In this document: one piece after another, positions 62,173-64,000 of the stretch | How positions within the stretch are numbered: the stretch's first letter is position 1 | How the letters are laid out: each line of letters starts with the position of its first letter | Origin: Phoronis australis | Taxonomy: Eukaryota > Animalia > Phoronida | DNA: 64,000 nt | NCBI GenBank assembly: GCA_002633005.1 | Contig: NMRA01000141.1 | Location: forward strand, 607,609-671,608 | Direction: 5' to 3' | Position numbers and translations under genes: made by a program | Notes under the pieces: model-generated | Databases searched by the model: none | Seen by the model: the letters and a program-made list of their open reading frames with translations, nothing else | Told to the model about the DNA's origin: nothing

Positions 62173-63869
62173 AGGAGAATGCCTCCCAAAAAACAACCTA
62201 TTTTGTATCAATTTAGATTGAGTAGTTCTACTCGATAACAGCACGTTCGGTTGCGTTACCTGATACCTGACGGCAGACGGAGGTGTTGAAATTATCCAAT
62301 GACGTCATTGGTTTCACAACACAGGTTACTGGTGTTCGCTTATCGCTTGAGTTCATCGTTAACACCAATAAATCATCAAACTTCGACGTAAAACCCTTAA
62401 AAATACACCGAGTTCCTATAAAAACAGTGTTGTTTTATTTCACTGTTACGGATTTATTGGTATTTGGACACACCGTAGCCTACAAAGATCGGCAGCCCAA
62501 TTTACCAAGGTCCGTAGCAGGAGGTTGAGGTCTGTTCGGAGATAAATTCGAATTATTCTTCCATGAAATACAGACAAGAGAACCTAGATCTGTGTTGTTT
62601 AGACTTGTGATTTTTTGATGAGTTCCACTGAAACGCTTGTTATCCCGGCCAGTGGCTCGGAACCCGATCAGGCCCGTCGCGCCCGGACTGACTCGTTATC
62701 CCAGCCAGTGGCTTGGAACCCGATCAGGCCCGTCGCGGCCGCCGGGACTGGCACGAAAAATAAACCAGCTTGAGTTGGAAACTAAACCTCCAGTCACGAA
62801 AAGACTATAATAGTGAGGCAAAGAAATAATGTACTCGTAATTATTTATGTGAATTAGCCATGAAACTGCTTACTACTTACGTGTCGGGGGCCGCGAAGTC
62901 GGGTTCCCCTTCCAGAGACCGTCAAGGCAAAGGTTGCACAGTAACAATGATTTGAATAATGTATTTGTATTTCTAAATAAAGGTTTCCCTAACATGTAAC
63001 CATAGCATATAAAATCGAGTAATTGTTTTACAACAGCTTTCTGTCAGCAAACACTGAATTATCATGCGCTCACACAGCCTCAGTGCCCGGTCAATTTTCC
63101 TTTATTGCCGGCATCAAAAGCCGGTAGCGCAGCGGTTTATTCATTGCTGGCTTCTCAACATTTGCACTCACAAATGCTGCAAAGGCATTACATCTAATGA
63201 CACGTAGACTTTAATTGTTTCAGTTTTATATAAGCATTGGTTATGATGAAAATAATTCATTTTGAAACAGAACGCAGAATAATTAACGTCTACATGGCAA
63301 CTCGCCCGGCACCAATCCCGCCTTAGTCAAGAGCTCATCCAACGAAGACGTCATGGGTCGGATCGTTCGGTTTCACAGGCTATCAGTTCGAACCAGAATA
63401 CACTGATCAAGAAATACTAGAGAGGCCCCGTGAACATGCACAGGCAACGGAACGTATGGTTAGTTCTTTGGTTAGCCGGAATTTGTCAGAGAAATCACTG
63501 TCGACGAAATACCGGCCGCAGACACGGAGATGTTTCACGGTCTCATAACTTGCTATTAACAGCGTGCCTTTCATTCTTCACTACCGCAAGCCACTTCCTA
63601 AGCATTTCGGGCTCTCGAGGAAGTCGAAAAAATGACATGCCAGCTTTCTTCGCAGCTTCATATTTCGGGCAAGCGGGAACAATTCACCGCAATATAGCAC
63701 GGCATTCACTCTGCAGACGAACCACTGACGTGGCTGCGTTGTTTCTCACCTTCCTCACAGGTTAACGCGACACCTCTCGGCAAGGTGGGGTCAACTGTAT
63801 AAGAGGCGATGTGGATATAGACCGATTAAGACGGTAAAAAAGACTAATTAAATCAGGTGGTATTCTCCT
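62173..63869. mobile_element. Kolobok-like non-autonomous element with KolX-like (+) and THAP (-) remnants
   Basis: TTAA on both sides, TIR aggagaatgcctcc / ggtggtattctcct; plus strand GYQFEPEYTDQEILER near 63380; minus strand MPCYIAVNCS...MSFFRLPREPEMLRKW...LRVCGRYFVDSDF (63705 to ~63490, disrupted); internal tandem duplication near 62640-62750. Confidence 0.85.
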
Positions 63870-64000
63870 TTAACTACATTACATGCAATATATGTGCCAT
63901 AATAAATTGAAACACTGTAGGACAATGCCTCAATTTTTGCAAACAAAATTTTTTCTTAAAAATTTAATTTGGTTAGCTTAAGTGCTTCAGTACATCATTT

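Overview
AT-rich, intron-containing eukaryotic DNA, most consistent with an invertebrate animal (organism not identifiable from the sequence alone). It is a draft assembly with N gaps and allelic duplications at contig joins. I reconstructed four spliced genes by hand from GT-AG sites, reading phase and recalled protein homology. (1) An MSL1-like gene on the minus strand (coiled-coil plus PEHE domain, running off the left edge). (2) A Ral small GTPase on the plus strand with two alternative terminal exons, each encoding a complete hypervariable region and CAAX box. (3) MRPS26 on the minus strand, complete in 4 exons. (4) EXD2 on the plus strand, running off the right edge, head-to-head with MRPS26 with start codons 310 bp apart. 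Introns and intergenic DNA hold many non-autonomous DNA transposons (Kolobok-like with THAP/KolX remnants, a hAT MITE with a perfect 8-bp TSD, Tc1/mariner-like and others), tRNA-derived SINE-like heads and two minisatellites. The most interesting signals are the KRAS4A/4B-like exon switch in Ral, an in-frame second CAAX box behind the distal Ral stop codon, and candidate alternative first exons that would remove the MSL1 dimerisation helix or the EXD2 membrane anchor. All homology calls are from memory; no database search was run.
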